Counted from the stretch's first letter, positions 25,267 through 36,290 are shown. The stretch is 40,941 nucleotides of DNA from a virus (IMGVR_UViG_2526164598_000016); one strand, 5' to 3'. Numbers and translations: made by a program. Notes: generated from the sequence alone by a model not told the origin.

Positions 25267-25734
25267 ATGAACCGCGTACTGTGCGTGGTCATCATTGCCC
25301 TGCTGGTGGCCTGTGGTGCGCTTAGTCTGGGGCTGAATCATTACCGTGATAACGCCATAACCTACAAAGAGCAGCGCGATAAAAAAGTCAGTGAGCTGGA
25401 GCAGGCAAATGCAACCATTACTGATATGCAGCAGCGCCAGCGTGATGTTGCTGCACTTGATGCCAGATACTCGAGGGAATTAGCCGATGCGAGAGCTGAA
25501 AATGAAACTCTGCGCGCTGACGTTGCCGCTGGTCGTAAGCGCCTGCGGATCAACGCCACCTGCCCCGGTACCGTGCGTGAAGCCCCCACCACCTCCGGCG
25601 TGGATAATGCAACCGGCCCCCGACTGGCAGACACCGCTGAACGGGATTATTTCACTCTCAGAGAGCGGTTGATGCTGATGCAGAAGCAGCTGGAAGTGGC
25701 GCAGGAATATATCCGCACTCAGTGCCTGAAATAA
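25267..25734 (+). CDS. Rz: Spanin, inner-membrane subunit (Rz)
   Basis: N-terminal TM segment, coiled-coil-rich periplasmic domain, embedded Rz1 frame. Confidence 0.85.
   Translation: MNRVLCVVIIALLVACGALSLGLNHYRDNAITYKEQRDKKVSELEQANATITDMQQRQRDVAALDARYSRELADARAENETLRADVAAGRKRLRINATCPGTVREAPTTSGVDNATGPRLADTAERDYFTLRERLMLMQKQLEVAQEYIRTQCLK
25502..25672 (+). CDS. Rz1: Spanin, outer-membrane lipoprotein subunit (Rz1), embedded in Rz in another frame
   Basis: MKLCALTLPLVVSAC lipobox followed by a Pro-rich segment. Confidence 0.7.
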   Translation: MKLCALTLPLVVSACGSTPPAPVPCVKPPPPPAWIMQPAPDWQTPLNGIISLSESG

Positions 25735-25979
25735 GTTTTGCTGATGCGCGGTATTGTCGCCGTATCCCCGCATTAACAGAGACCGCAGCCCGACCGGGAG
25801 ACTCCTCTGCGCGAGTGTGCGGGGATAATCAAAAACGATACACACCGGGGTTTACCGCGTTAACGGAGCGCGGCGTTGTCCCCTCATAGTCGCCTGTCCG
25901 GTGCGATGGTGGAAGAAACCGGACTACATTGAAAATGATAACCATTATCATTTTTGCGGGTCCTTTCCGGCGATCCGGG

Positions 25980-26170
25980 CCGTTACGGGGCGGCGACCTC
26001 GCGGTTTTTCACTATTTATGAAAATTTTTCAGGGAAAATCGTGTCGGTACTTCTCGAATATAACTTTTTGTTTTTTTAATATTGCATTCATAAATGTCCG
26101 ACATGAAAGTGTCCGAAAATGCCTTTTTCTGGCGTTTTCATGTCGGGCCTTGTATTTGATAATGGGTTGT
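25980..26170 (+). other. cos site (cosN GGGCGGCGACCT at 25988-25999, followed by cosB-like terminase binding repeats)
   Basis: Exact lambda 12-nt cohesive-end sequence; downstream repeated GTCCGACATGAAA / GTGTCCGAAAATG / CGTTTTCATGTCGGG elements resembling R sites. Confidence 0.65.
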
Positions 26171-26173
26171 TCT

Positions 26174-26722
26174 ATGAAGGTTAATAAAAAGAGGCTTGCC
26201 GAAATTTTTAACGTGGACCCGCGGACGATTGAACGCTGGCAGTCTCAGGGGCTCCCTTGCGTCTCCAAAGGCAGTAAGGGCATTGAATCTGTATTTGATA
26301 CTGCCATGGCAATTCAGTGGTATGCGCAGAGGGAAACTGATATCGAAAACGAAAAGCTCCGCAAAGAACTGGCCGATTTGCGTGCGGCAGCGGAGTCAGA
26401 TTTACAACCCGGCACCATTGACTATGAACGCTACCGGCTCACAAAAGCGCAGGCAGATGCGCAGGAACTGAAAAATGCCCGTGAAGACGGAGTGGTGCTG
26501 GAAACTGAACTGTTTACCTTCATTCTGCAACGTGTGGCACAGGAGATTTCGGGGATACTTGTGCGTGTGCCGTTGACATTACAGCGTAAATATCCGGACA
26601 TTTCACCATCACACCTTGATGTGGTGAAAACTGAAATCGCGAAAGCCTCCAATGTTGCAGCTAAGGCCGGTGAAAACGTGGGCGGGTGGATCGATGATTT
26701 CAGACGCACAGAAGGCAGCTAA
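26174..26722 (+). CDS. nu1: Terminase small subunit
   Basis: [28 protein letters not shown]… co-linear with lambda Nu1 (recalled). Confidence 0.9.
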   Translation: MKVNKKRLAEIFNVDPRTIERWQSQGLPCVSKGSKGIESVFDTAMAIQWYAQRETDIENEKLRKELADLRAAAESDLQPGTIDYERYRLTKAQADAQELKNAREDGVVLETELFTFILQRVAQEISGILVRVPLTLQRKYPDISPSHLDVVKTEIAKASNVAAKAGENVGGWIDDFRRTEGS

Positions 26723-28622
26723 TGCAGCCGGTGCGATAGCTACAGGGCTTTTATCTCTCATTATTCCTGTTCCACTGACGACAGTTCAGTGGGCCAATAA
26801 ACATTATTACCTTCCTAAAGAGTCGTCTTATACCCCGGGGCGGTGGGAAACACTGCCGTTTCAGGTTGGCATCATGAACTGTATGGGCAACGATTTGATT
26901 CGCACTGTTAACCTGATTAAATCTGCCCGTGTTGGTTATACAAAGATGTTGCTGGGAGTGGAGGCTTATTTTATTGAGCATAAATCACGCAACAGCCTTC
27001 TTTTTCAGCCCACGGACTCAGCTGCTGAAGATTTTATGAAATCTCATGTTGAGCCAACGATAAGGGATGTTCCTGCATTGCTGGAGCTGGCTCCATGGTT
27101 CGGAAGAAAACACCGCGATAATACGCTCACCCTGAAGCGTTTTTCCTCCGGTGTGGGTTTCTGGTGTCTGGGGGGAGCGGCAGCAAAAAACTACCGTGAA
27201 AAATCCGTGGATGTGGTTTGTTATGACGAGCTTTCCTCGTTCGAACCGGATGTTGAAAAAGAGGGTTCGCCAACCCTGCTGGGGGATAAACGTATTGAGG
27301 GCTCTGTATGGCCAAAATCCATTCGCGGCTCGACGCCTAAAATCAAAGGCTCCTGCCAGATCGAAAAAGCCGCTAACGAGTCGGCACATTTCATGCGTTT
27401 TTATGTGCCCTGTCCGCACTGTGGGGAGGAGCAGTATCTGAAATTTGGCGATGATGCCTCGCCTTTCGGTCTTAAGTGGGAGAAGAATAAGCCAGAAAGT
27501 GTTTTCTACCTTTGTGAGCATCATGGCTGTGTGATCCATCAGTCTGAGCTTGACCAGAGTAACGGGCGGTGGATCTGTGAAAACACGGGCATGTGGACTC
27601 GTGACGGTCTGACATTTTTCAGCGCCGCGGATAATGAAATTCCGCCGCCGCGCTCCATCACATTCCATATCTGGACGGCGTACAGTCCGTTCACCACCTG
27701 GGTACAGATTGTCTATGACTGGCTGGATGCACTGAAAGATCCCAACGGCCTGAAAACCTTTGTGAACACCACGCTGGGCGAGACCTGGGAAGAGGCCGTG
27801 GGCGAAAAACTCGATCACCAGGTGCTGATGGATAAGGTTGTGCGTTACACGGCTGCGGTGCCTTCCCGGGTGGTTTATCTGACGGCGGGCATTGACTCGC
27901 AGCGAAACCGTTTTGAGATGTATGTCTGGGGATGGGCTCCGGGAGAGGAAGCCTTTCTGGTGGATAAAATCATCATTATGGGGCGTCCCGATGAGGAAGA
28001 GACGCTGTTACGTGTGGATGTGGCGATCAACAAAAAATACCGCCATGCAGACGGAACCGAAATGACCATTTCCCGTGTCTGCTGGGACACCGGGGGGATC
28101 GATGGCGAAATTGTCTATCAGAGGTCAAAAAAACACGGTGTTTTCCGGGTGCTGCCGGTAAAAGGTGCATCTGTTTATGGCAAGCCGGTGATCACCATGC
28201 CAAAAACCCGCAATCAGCGGGGCGTGTATCTGTGCGAAGTGGGGACGGACACCGCAAAAGAAATTCTCTATGCCCGTATGAAAGCCGATCCCACGCCTGC
28301 GGATGAAGCCACGTCGTATGCCATCCGTTTTCCTGATGATCCGGAGATTTTTTCGCAGACAGAGGCGCAGCAACTGGTGGCGGAAGAGCTTGTGGAGAAG
28401 TGGGAAAAAGGAAAGATGCGTCTGCTGTGGGATAACAAAAAGCGGCGTAACGAAGCGCTGGACTGCCTGGTGTATGCCTACGCGGCATTACGTGTGTCCG
28501 TGCAACGCTGGCAGCTTGATCTGGCTGTACTGGCAAAATCCCGGGAAGAAGAGACGACCCGGCCAACCCTTAAAGAACTGGCAGCGAAGCTGTCCGGAGG
28601 AGTGAATGGTTACAGTCGCTGA
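26694..28622 (+). CDS. A: Terminase large subunit
   Basis: Co-linear with lambda gpA from MISDAQ… (…[17 protein letters not shown]…); start chosen by alignment rather than the upstream ATG at 26652. Confidence 0.9.
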   Translation: MISDAQKAANAAGAIATGLLSLIIPVPLTTVQWANKHYYLPKESSYTPGRWETLPFQVGIMNCMGNDLIRTVNLIKSARVGYTKMLLGVEAYFIEHKSRNSLLFQPTDSAAEDFMKSHVEPTIRDVPALLELAPWFGRKHRDNTLTLKRFSSGVGFWCLGGAAAKNYREKSVDVVCYDELSSFEPDVEKEGSPTLLGDKRIEGSVWPKSIRGSTPKIKGSCQIEKAANESAHFMRFYVPCPHCGEEQYLKFGDDASPFGLKWEKNKPESVFYLCEHHGCVIHQSELDQSNGRWICENTGMWTRDGLTFFSAADNEIPPPRSITFHIWTAYSPFTTWVQIVYDWLDALKDPNGLKTFVNTTLGETWEEAVGEKLDHQVLMDKVVRYTAAVPSRVVYLTAGIDSQRNRFEMYVWGWAPGEEAFLVDKIIIMGRPDEEETLLRVDVAINKKYRHADGTEMTISRVCWDTGGIDGEIVYQRSKKHGVFRVLPVKGASVYGKPVITMPKTRNQRGVYLCEVGTDTAKEILYARMKADPTPADEATSYAIRFPDDPEIFSQTEAQQLVAEELVEKWEKGKMRLLWDNKKRRNEALDCLVYAYAALRVSVQRWQLDLAVLAKSREEETTRPTLKELAAKLSGGVNGYSR

Positions 28623-28812
28623 ACTGCAGGCGCTGCGTCAGGCGCGCCTTGATTTATTAACCGGTAAACGGGTGGTGTCTGTCCAGAAAGATGGTCGCAG
28701 AATTGAATATACGGCAGCTTCTCTGGATGAGCTTAACCGGGCGATCAATGATGCGGAGTCGGTACTGGGGACAACCCGCCGTCGCCGTCGTCCGCTGGGA
28801 GTGAGGTTATGA
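28606..28812 (+). CDS. W: Head-tail joining protein W
   Basis: 68 aa, …LLTGKRVVSVQKDGRRIEYTA… like lambda gpW. Confidence 0.85.
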   Translation: MVTVAELQALRQARLDLLTGKRVVSVQKDGRRIEYTAASLDELNRAINDAESVLGTTRRRRRPLGVRL

Positions 28813-30401
28813 AACGAACGCCTGTCCTGATTGATGTGAACGGCGTTCCGCTTCGGGAGAGCCTCAGCTACACCGGTGGCGGTGCAGGATTTGGCGGGCA
28901 AATGGCAGAGTGGTTGCCACCCTCGCAGAGTGCCGATGCGGCCCTGCTGCCCGCGTTGCGTCTGGGGAATGCCCGTGCAGATGATCTGGTGCGCAATAAC
29001 GGAATAGCGGCCAATGCGGTGGCCCTGCATAAGGATCACATTGTCGGGCATATGTTTCTGATTAGCTACCGTCCGAACTGGCGCTGGCTGGGGATGCGGG
29101 AGACCGCGGCAAAAAGTTTTGTCGATGAGGTGGAGGCGGCCTGGTCAGAATACGCAGAAGGGATGTTTGGTGAGATCGACGTGGAAGGGAAACGCACGTT
29201 TACGGAATTTATCCGTGAAGGTGTGGGCGTTCATGCGTTTAACGGCGAAATCTTTGTGCAGCCGGTCTGGGATACGGAGAGTACGCAACTGTTTCGTACG
29301 CGTTTTAAAGCCGTGAGTCCGAAACGGGTGGACACGCCAGGACACGGTATCGGGAACCGTTTTCTGCGGGCCGGTGTGGAGGTTGATCGATATGGCCGTG
29401 CCGTTGCGTACCATATCTGTGAGGATGATTTTCCTCGCTCCGGGAGTGGACGATGGGAACGGATCCCGCGTGAACTACCCACCGGGCGTCCGGCCATGCT
29501 GCATATTTTCGAGCCGGTGGAGGACGGGCAGACCCGTGGAGCCAATCAGTTTTACAGCGTTATGGAACGGCTGAAGATGCTGGATTCCCTGCAGGCAACA
29601 CAGCTTCAGTCGGCCATAGTGAAGGCGATGTATGCAGCGACGATTGAAAGTGACCTTGATACCGAAAAGGCCTTTGAATATATCGCCGGTGCGCCGCAGG
29701 GGCAGAAGGATAATCCGCTTATTAATATTCTGGATAAGTTCTCCACCTGGTATGACACGAATAGCGTGACGCTGGGCGGTGTCAAAATTCCGCACCTTTT
29801 CCCCGGTGATGATCTGAAACTTCAGACCGCGCAGGATTCAGACAATGGATTTTCGGCGCTTGAACAGGCGCTGCTGCGGTATATCGCCGCCGGTCTTGGC
29901 GTTTCCTACGAACAGTTGTCCCGTGATTACTCGAAGGTCAGTTACTCAAGTGCCCGCGCATCCGCCAATGAGTCGTGGCGCTATTTTATGGGGCGGCGAA
30001 AATTTATTGCGTCCCGGCTGGCCACGCAGATGTTTTCCTGCTGGCTGGAAGAGGCACTTCTTCGGGGGATTATTCGTCCGCCACGGGCACGGTTTGATTT
30101 TTATCAGGCGCGATCAGCCTGGTCACGGGCTGAGTGGATTGGAGCCGGAAGAATGGCCATTGACGGGCTCAAGGAGGTTCAGGAATCAGTGATGCGCATT
30201 GAGGCCGGACTGAGCACGTATGAGAAAGAGCTGGCGCTGATGGGCGAGGATTATCAGGACATTTTCCGCCAGCAGGTCAGGGAATCTGCAGAGCGGGAAA
30301 AAGCCGGACTCTCACGTCCGGTGTGGATAGCGCAGGCGTATCAGCAGCAGATAGCGGAGAGTCGCAGGCCGGAAGAGGAGACAACACCACGTGAGACGTA
30401 A
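28809..30401 (+). CDS. B: Portal protein
   Basis: 530 aa, lambda gpB position and size. Confidence 0.85.
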   Translation: MKRTPVLIDVNGVPLRESLSYTGGGAGFGGQMAEWLPPSQSADAALLPALRLGNARADDLVRNNGIAANAVALHKDHIVGHMFLISYRPNWRWLGMRETAAKSFVDEVEAAWSEYAEGMFGEIDVEGKRTFTEFIREGVGVHAFNGEIFVQPVWDTESTQLFRTRFKAVSPKRVDTPGHGIGNRFLRAGVEVDRYGRAVAYHICEDDFPRSGSGRWERIPRELPTGRPAMLHIFEPVEDGQTRGANQFYSVMERLKMLDSLQATQLQSAIVKAMYAATIESDLDTEKAFEYIAGAPQGQKDNPLINILDKFSTWYDTNSVTLGGVKIPHLFPGDDLKLQTAQDSDNGFSALEQALLRYIAAGLGVSYEQLSRDYSKVSYSSARASANESWRYFMGRRKFIASRLATQMFSCWLEEALLRGIIRPPRARFDFYQARSAWSRAEWIGAGRMAIDGLKEVQESVMRIEAGLSTYEKELALMGEDYQDIFRQQVRESAEREKAGLSRPVWIAQAYQQQIAESRRPEEETTPRET

Positions 30402-31896
30402 TCTTTCACACATTATTGCAGCAGCATTCAATGAACCGCTGCTTCTGGAGCCCGCCTATGCGCGGGTTTTCTTTTGCGCGCTGGGGCGCGAGATGGGGGC
30501 AGCAAGTCTTTCGGTACCGCAACAGCAGGTACAGCTTGATGCGCCCGGGATGCTGGCTGAAACGGACGAGTACATGGCCGGAGGTAAACGACCGGCCCGT
30601 GTTTACCGGGTGGTGAACGGTATTGCGGTACTGCCGGTGACCGGCACGCTGGTGCACCGGCTGGGGGGGATGCGGCCATTTTCCGGAATGACTGGCTATG
30701 ACGGCATTGTCGCCTGTCTTCAGCAGGCAATGGCAGATAGCCAGGTGCGGGGCATACTGCTGGACATTGACAGTCCGGGCGGGCAGGCCGCCGGCGCGTT
30801 TGACTGCGCTGACATGATTTACCGCCTCCGGCAGCAGAAGCCGGTCTGGGCACTGTGTAATGACACGGCCTGTTCTGCGGCCATGCTGCTGGCGTCGGCC
30901 TGCTCCCGACGGCTGGTTACCCAGACATCCCGTATCGGTTCCATTGGCGTGATGATGAGCCATGTCAGCTATGCCGGTCATCTGGCGCAGGCCGGTGTGG
31001 ATATCACGCTGATTTACTCAGGGGCGCACAAGGTGGATGGCAATCAGTTTGAAGCGTTGCCGGCAGAGGTTCGCCAGGACATGCAGCAGCGGATTGATGC
31101 GGCGCGCCGGATGTTTGCCGAAAAAGTGGCGATGTTTACCGGTCTGTCTGTTGATGCAGTCACGGGAACAGAGGCCGCTGTTTTTGAAGGTCAGTCCGGC
31201 ATTGAGGCCGGGCTGGCGGATGAATTAATCAATGCGTCGGATGCCATCAGTGTGATGGCCACGGCGCTGAACAGTAATGTCAGAGGAGGCACTATGCCGC
31301 AATTAACTGCAACGGAAGCCGCCGTGCAGGAGAACCAGCGAGTGATGGGGATCCTGACATGCCAGGAAGCGAAAGGACGTGAACAGCTTGCCACGATGCT
31401 GGCAGGGCAACAGGGCATGAGCGTTGAACAGGCCCGGGCGATTCTGGCCGCGGCGGCACCGCAGCAGCCGGTGGCATCCGCGCAGAGTGAAGCCGATCGC
31501 ATTATGGCGTGTGAAGAAGCGAACGGTCGTGAACAACTGGCGGCAACGCTGGCGGCGATGCCGGAGATGACGGTGGAAAAAGCCCGCCCGATCCTGGCGG
31601 CTGCACCACTGGCGGATGCCGGGCCCTCGCTTCGTGATCAGATCATGGCCCTGGATGAGGCAAAAGGGGCAGAAGCGCAGGCTGAAAAACTGGCGGCCTG
31701 CCCGGGAATGACCGTGGAGAACGCCCGGGCTGTGCTGGCTGCGGGATCAGGTAAGGCCGAACCGGTCTCTGCATCCACAACCGCCCTGTTTGAACATTTC
31801 ATGGCGAATCATTCACCGGCAGCGGTGCGGGGTGGCGTGTCACAGACGTCAGCAGACGGTGATGCGGACGTGAAAATGCTCATGGCCATGCCATGA
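30391..31896 (+). CDS. C: Head protease/scaffold (C with nested Nu3-like C-terminal region), containing a tandem triplicated module
   Basis: S49/ClpP-like core similar to lambda gpC; C-terminal three repeats of an IMGILTCQEAKGREQLA…ARAILAAA-type module. Confidence 0.8.
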   Translation: MRRNLSHIIAAAFNEPLLLEPAYARVFFCALGREMGAASLSVPQQQVQLDAPGMLAETDEYMAGGKRPARVYRVVNGIAVLPVTGTLVHRLGGMRPFSGMTGYDGIVACLQQAMADSQVRGILLDIDSPGGQAAGAFDCADMIYRLRQQKPVWALCNDTACSAAMLLASACSRRLVTQTSRIGSIGVMMSHVSYAGHLAQAGVDITLIYSGAHKVDGNQFEALPAEVRQDMQQRIDAARRMFAEKVAMFTGLSVDAVTGTEAAVFEGQSGIEAGLADELINASDAISVMATALNSNVRGGTMPQLTATEAAVQENQRVMGILTCQEAKGREQLATMLAGQQGMSVEQARAILAAAAPQQPVASAQSEADRIMACEEANGREQLAATLAAMPEMTVEKARPILAAAPLADAGPSLRDQIMALDEAKGAEAQAEKLAACPGMTVENARAVLAAGSGKAEPVSASTTALFEHFMANHSPAAVRGGVSQTSADGDADVKMLMAMP

Positions 31897-31932
31897 AGTC
31901 AGTGCTGACCATCAATATGAGGTTTTAACAAA

Positions 31933-32280
31933 ATGGTGACGAAAACCATCACTGAACAGCGTGCGGAAGTACGTATTTTTGCCGGTAATGATCCGGCTCA
32001 TACCGCCACAGGCAGCAGCGGGATTTCTTCTGCAACACCGGCTCTGACGCCCCTGATGCTGGATGAAGCCACCGGGAAACTGGTGGTCTGGGATGGACAG
32101 AAAGCCGGTAGTGCGGTTGGCATACTGGTACTGCCGCTTGAAGGCACAGAGACGGTGCTGACCTATTACAAGTCGGGGACCTTTGCGACGGAGGCAATCC
32201 GCTGGCCTGACAGTGTGGATGAACACAAAAAGGCAAATGCCTTTGCCGGCACAGCCCTGAGTCACGCGGCTCTGCCGTAA
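31933..32280 (+). CDS. D: Head decoration protein
   Basis: …GNDPAHTAT…TPLMLD…GILV…LTYYKSGTF… like lambda gpD. Confidence 0.85.
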   Translation: MVTKTITEQRAEVRIFAGNDPAHTATGSSGISSATPALTPLMLDEATGKLVVWDGQKAGSAVGILVLPLEGTETVLTYYKSGTFATEAIRWPDSVDEHKKANAFAGTALSHAALP

Positions 32281-32337
32281 CACGTTATCAGGCCACCATG
32301 GTGACCTGACTGATTTCTGAATGAAAGGAACTGATTT

Positions 32338-33366
32338 ATGGGATTGTTTACGACCCGCCAGTTACTCGGTTATACCGAACAAAAAGTGAAATTCCGTGCG
32401 CTGTTTCTGGAGCTGTTTTTCCGCCGTACGGTGAATTTCCACACCGAAGAGGTGATGCTGGACAAAATTACCGGAAAAACGCCGGTGGCGGCCTATGTCT
32501 CCCCGATCGTTGAAGGAAAAGTGCTTCGCCATCGCGGTGGTGAAACCCGCGTGTTACGTCCGGGCTACGTCAAGCCGAAACACGAATTTAATTACCAGCA
32601 GGCGGTTGAGCGCCTTCCTGGTGAAGATCCGGCTCAGCTGAACGACCCGGCCTACCGTCGTCTGCGTATCATTACCGATAACCTCAAACAGGAAGAGCAC
32701 GCCATTGTCCAGGTGGAAGAAATGCAGGCGGTGAATGCCGTGCTGTATGGCAAATACACCATGGAAGGGGATCAGTTTGATACTGTCGAGGTGGATTTCG
32801 GGCGCTCTGAAGGAAATAACATTGAGCAGGCTGACGGTAAAAAATGGTCTGAGCAGGACCGTGATACGTTTGATCCGACGCATGATATTGACCTCTACTG
32901 CGATCAGGCCAGCGGCCTTGTGAATATCGCCATTATGGACGGTACGGTCTGGCGTCTGCTGAATGGCTTTAAGCTGTTCCGCGAAAAACTGGATACCCGT
33001 CGCGGCTCAAATTCACAACTCGAAACGGCAGTGAAAGATCTGGGCGCAGTGGTGTCCTTCAAGGGGTATTACGGCGATCTGGCCATTGTGGTGGCGAAAA
33101 CGTCTTATGTGGCAGAGGACGGTACCGAAAAACGTTATCTGCCGGAGGGCATGCTGGTCCTGGGGAATACGGCGGCAGAGGGGATTCGTTGCTATGGTGC
33201 CATTAAGGATGCACAGGCGTTGTCTGAAGGAGTGGTGGCTTCTTCCCGTTACCCGAAACACTGGCTGACCGTGGGCGATCCGTCCTGTGAATTCACCATG
33301 ACGCAGTCCGCTCCGCTGATGGTGCTGCCGGATCCGGATGAGTTTGTGGTGGTACAGGTGAAATAA
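32338..33366 (+). CDS. E: Major capsid protein
   Basis: 342 aa, co-linear with lambda gpE (…YVSPIV.G.V…PGYVKPKHE…QSAPLM.L.DPDEFV.VQ). Confidence 0.9.
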   Translation: MGLFTTRQLLGYTEQKVKFRALFLELFFRRTVNFHTEEVMLDKITGKTPVAAYVSPIVEGKVLRHRGGETRVLRPGYVKPKHEFNYQQAVERLPGEDPAQLNDPAYRRLRIITDNLKQEEHAIVQVEEMQAVNAVLYGKYTMEGDQFDTVEVDFGRSEGNNIEQADGKKWSEQDRDTFDPTHDIDLYCDQASGLVNIAIMDGTVWRLLNGFKLFREKLDTRRGSNSQLETAVKDLGAVVSFKGYYGDLAIVVAKTSYVAEDGTEKRYLPEGMLVLGNTAAEGIRCYGAIKDAQALSEGVVASSRYPKHWLTVGDPSCEFTMTQSAPLMVLPDPDEFVVVQVK

Positions 33367-33417
33367 TCCGTGAGCGGGGGCGAAATGCCCCCGTGTCTTT
33401 TTTCACAGGAGGCTGAG

Positions 33418-33801
33418 ATGGCAACAAAAGAAGAAAATCTGAATCGTCTTCGTCAACTGGCTGACCTGCTGGGGCGCGAGGCGGATATGTCGGGGAGTGC
33501 TGCGGATATTGCTCAACGTGTGTCTGAGTGGGAAGAGGAGCTTGCTGTTTCCCCGGAGGGCATTATGCACTCTGATGAGAGCGGGGCTGATCAAAATCAC
33601 ACAGACGATGGTGAGCAGTTGAACAACACGGATGCTCCGGATGATGTTAAAGCCGTCCGGGTACGGAAGTGCCTGCAAGTAATGGGGTATTGCCCGGAGA
33701 CAGGTCGTCCCGTTGAGCTGGCGTTACGGGGTATGCGTGTTCTGGTGCCATCATCACTGGCAACGGCCATGATACAGCACGGAACGGCTGAATATGCGTG
33801 A
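33418..33801 (+). CDS. FI: DNA packaging protein FI
   Basis: ATG at 33418 with GGAGG SD; position between E and FII. Confidence 0.75.
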   Translation: MATKEENLNRLRQLADLLGREADMSGSAADIAQRVSEWEEELAVSPEGIMHSDESGADQNHTDDGEQLNNTDAPDDVKAVRVRKCLQVMGYCPETGRPVELALRGMRVLVPSSLATAMIQHGTAEYA

Positions 33802-34147
33802 TTTTCAGAATGCCTTTGATGCTGCCCTCGCCGGGGTAGACAGTACGATCGTTGAAGTGATGGGGCTCTGTGCGCAGTTCACCTCGGGGGCACAGTGTGG
33901 CAGCGAAGTTCAGGGGGTTTTTGATGATCCGGAGTCGCTGGGGTTTGCCGGTGGCGGGGTCCGTATTGAAGGAAGCAGCCCGTCATTATTTGTGCGGACG
34001 GATACGGTTCGTGCCGTGCGGCGTGGTGACACGCTGACCATTAATGGTGAGATATTCTGGGTGGATCGTGTTTCTCCGGATGACGGGGGCAGCTGTTATC
34101 TCTGGCTCAACCGTGGTCAACCACCCGCAGTTAACCGGCGACGATAA
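33794..34147 (+). CDS. FII: Head-tail connector FII
   Basis: 117 aa, …RGDTLTINGEIFWVDRVSPDDGGSCYLWLNRGQPPAVNRRR like lambda FII. Confidence 0.85.
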   Translation: MRDFQNAFDAALAGVDSTIVEVMGLCAQFTSGAQCGSEVQGVFDDPESLGFAGGGVRIEGSSPSLFVRTDTVRAVRRGDTLTINGEIFWVDRVSPDDGGSCYLWLNRGQPPAVNRRR

Positions 34148-34162
34148 ACGCAGGGTGAAATT

Positions 34163-34696
34163 ATGGCGATAAAAGGGCTTGATCAGGCGATTGACAATCT
34201 GAGCCGGGTTCGTAAAAACGCCATTCCGGCGGCTTCAGCAATGGCCATTAACCGCGTGGCCACAACGGCGATTAATCAGTCTTCATCACAGGTTGCCCGG
34301 GAGACAAAGGTTCGCCGGAAACTGGTTAAGGAACGGTCCAGACTGAAACGGGCGACGGTCAGAAATCCGAATGCCAGAATTATCGTTAACCGCGGTGATC
34401 TCCCTGTGATTAAGCTGGGGATCAGGATGCTGGGGCGTCGCCCGAACAGCATACTTAAAGCCGGTCAGCATCGGTATCAGCGGGCATTTATTCAGCGATT
34501 AAAAAATGGTCGCTGGCATGTCATGCAGCGTGTGGCCGGGAAAAACCGTTACCCCATTGATGTGGTGAAAATCCCGATGGCGGCCCCACTGAAACAGGCA
34601 TTTGATGAGAATGTTGACCGTATCCGGCGTGAACGCCTGCCTAAAGAACTGGCATACGCGCTGAAACAACAACTGAGGATTGCAATAAAACGATGA
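34163..34696 (+). CDS. Z: Tail completion protein Z
   Basis: MAIKGLDQAIDNLSR…QRVAGKNRYPIDVVKIPMA… like lambda gpZ. Confidence 0.85.
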   Translation: MAIKGLDQAIDNLSRVRKNAIPAASAMAINRVATTAINQSSSQVARETKVRRKLVKERSRLKRATVRNPNARIIVNRGDLPVIKLGIRMLGRRPNSILKAGQHRYQRAFIQRLKNGRWHVMQRVAGKNRYPIDVVKIPMAAPLKQAFDENVDRIRRERLPKELAYALKQQLRIAIKR

Positions 34697-35088
34697 AACA
34701 CACTGACATTCGTGCCGCAGTGCTGGATGCACTCGAGCAGCATGAACACGGGGCGACGCTGTTTGATGGTCGCCCCGTTGTTTTTGACGAAGAGGATTTT
34801 CCTGCGATCGCGGTTTATCTGACGGATGCAGAGTATACCGGTGAAGAGCTGGATGCAGATACCTGGCGGGCCACGCTGCATATTGAGGTGTTTTTACCGG
34901 CACAGGTACCGGATTCAGAGCTTGATCAGTGGATGGAAAGCCGGATTTACCCGGCGATGACCGCGATCCCGGCACTGGCAGGACTGATTACCACGATGGT
35001 TACGCAGGGCTATGAGTATCGTCGTGATGACGATATGGCGTTATGGAGTTCTGCAGATCTGACTTATTCCATTACATACGAGATGTGA
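34693..35088 (+). CDS. U: Tail terminator protein U
   Basis: 131 aa, [15 protein letters not shown]… like lambda gpU. Confidence 0.85.
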   Translation: MKHTDIRAAVLDALEQHEHGATLFDGRPVVFDEEDFPAIAVYLTDAEYTGEELDADTWRATLHIEVFLPAQVPDSELDQWMESRIYPAMTAIPALAGLITTMVTQGYEYRRDDDMALWSSADLTYSITYEM

Positions 35089-35095
35089 GGACGAT

Positions 35096-35848
35096 ATGGC
35101 AACACCAAATCCCCTTGAGCCGGTAAAAGGTGCCGGTACCACTCTGTGGGTTTACAACGGCAAGGGTGATGCTTATGCAAACCCGTTGTCAGACGATGAC
35201 TGGCAGCGACTGGCTAAGGTGAAGGATCTGACGCCGGGCGAGATGACGGCAGAATCCTACGATGATAACTACCTGGATGATGAAGACGCGGACTGGACCG
35301 CGACCGGGCAGGGGCAGAAATCTGCAGGTGATACCAGTTTTACGCTGGCCTGGAAACCGGGAGAGGAAGGCCAGAAAGGGCTTATAGGCTGGTTTGAAAG
35401 CGGCGATGTCCGGGCCTATAAAATCCGTTTTCCGAATGGCACGGTGGATGTGTTTCGTGGCTGGGTCAGCAGTATCGGTAAGGCCGTGACGGCGAAAGAA
35501 GTGATCACCCGCACGGTGAAAGTCACTAACGTGGGTAAACCTTCTGTAGCGGAAGAACGCAGCAAAATTACGCCGGTCAGTGCGATTAAGGTGACGCCGA
35601 CATCCGGTACGGTGGCAAAAGGGAAAACAACCACCCTGACGGTTTCTTTTGAGCCGGAAAGTGCAACCGACAAGACGTTCAGAGCGGTTTCCGCCGATCC
35701 GTCGAAAGCCACCATTAGTGTGAAAGATATGACAATTACGGTAAACGGCGTGGCGACAGGTAAGGTGCAGATCCCTGTGGTGAGCGGAAATGGTCAGTTC
35801 GCCGCAGTGGCTGAAGTCACCGTTACTGAAGCGGGCGCTGCAGGGTAA
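35096..35848 (+). CDS. V: Major tail tube protein V (with C-terminal Ig-like domain)
   Basis: 250 aa; lambda gpV position and sequence style. Confidence 0.9.
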   Translation: MATPNPLEPVKGAGTTLWVYNGKGDAYANPLSDDDWQRLAKVKDLTPGEMTAESYDDNYLDDEDADWTATGQGQKSAGDTSFTLAWKPGEEGQKGLIGWFESGDVRAYKIRFPNGTVDVFRGWVSSIGKAVTAKEVITRTVKVTNVGKPSVAEERSKITPVSAIKVTPTSGTVAKGKTTTLTVSFEPESATDKTFRAVSADPSKATISVKDMTITVNGVATGKVQIPVVSGNGQFAAVAEVTVTEAGAAG

Positions 35849-35861
35849 ACGGAGGTAATAC

Positions 35862-36290
35862 ATGTTTCTGAAAACAGAACAATTTGAATATAACGGTGTG
35901 TCTGTCACGCTTTCCGAATTGTCTGCGCTGCAGCGTATCGAGCATCTTGCCCTCCTGAAACGGCGTGCAGAACAGGCAGAATCCTGCGGCAACCTGCAGG
36001 TAAGCGTGGAAGATCTCGTCAGAACCGGCGCGTTTCTGGTGGCGATGTCCCTGTGGCATAACCATCCACAGAAAACGCAGTCACCGTCAATGAATGAGGC
36101 CGTGATGAAGATAGAGCAGGAAGTGCTCACCACCTGGCCTGCCGATGCCATTGCCCGGGCGGAAGACGTGGTGTTGTGCCTGTCCGGGATGATCGAAGCT
36201 GTTCGTCCGGATACTGATATTACTGAAGTGGCGAAAAATAACACGCTGACTGATGATTTTTCTGCGGGAAAGTCTTCGACGGCGAGCTGA
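35862..36290 (+). CDS. G: Tail assembly chaperone G
   Basis: MFLKTEQFEYNGVSVTLSELSALQRIEHLAL… like lambda gpG. Confidence 0.85.
   Translation: MFLKTEQFEYNGVSVTLSELSALQRIEHLALLKRRAEQAESCGNLQVSVEDLVRTGAFLVAMSLWHNHPQKTQSPSMNEAVMKIEQEVLTTWPADAIARAEDVVLCLSGMIEAVRPDTDITEVAKNNTLTDDFSAGKSSTAS

Noticed and set aside
26652-26693. Upstream ATG as start of terminase large subunit
   Set aside because: Alignment to the lambda gpA N-terminus supports the ATG at 26694; the extension lies within the Nu1 coding region.
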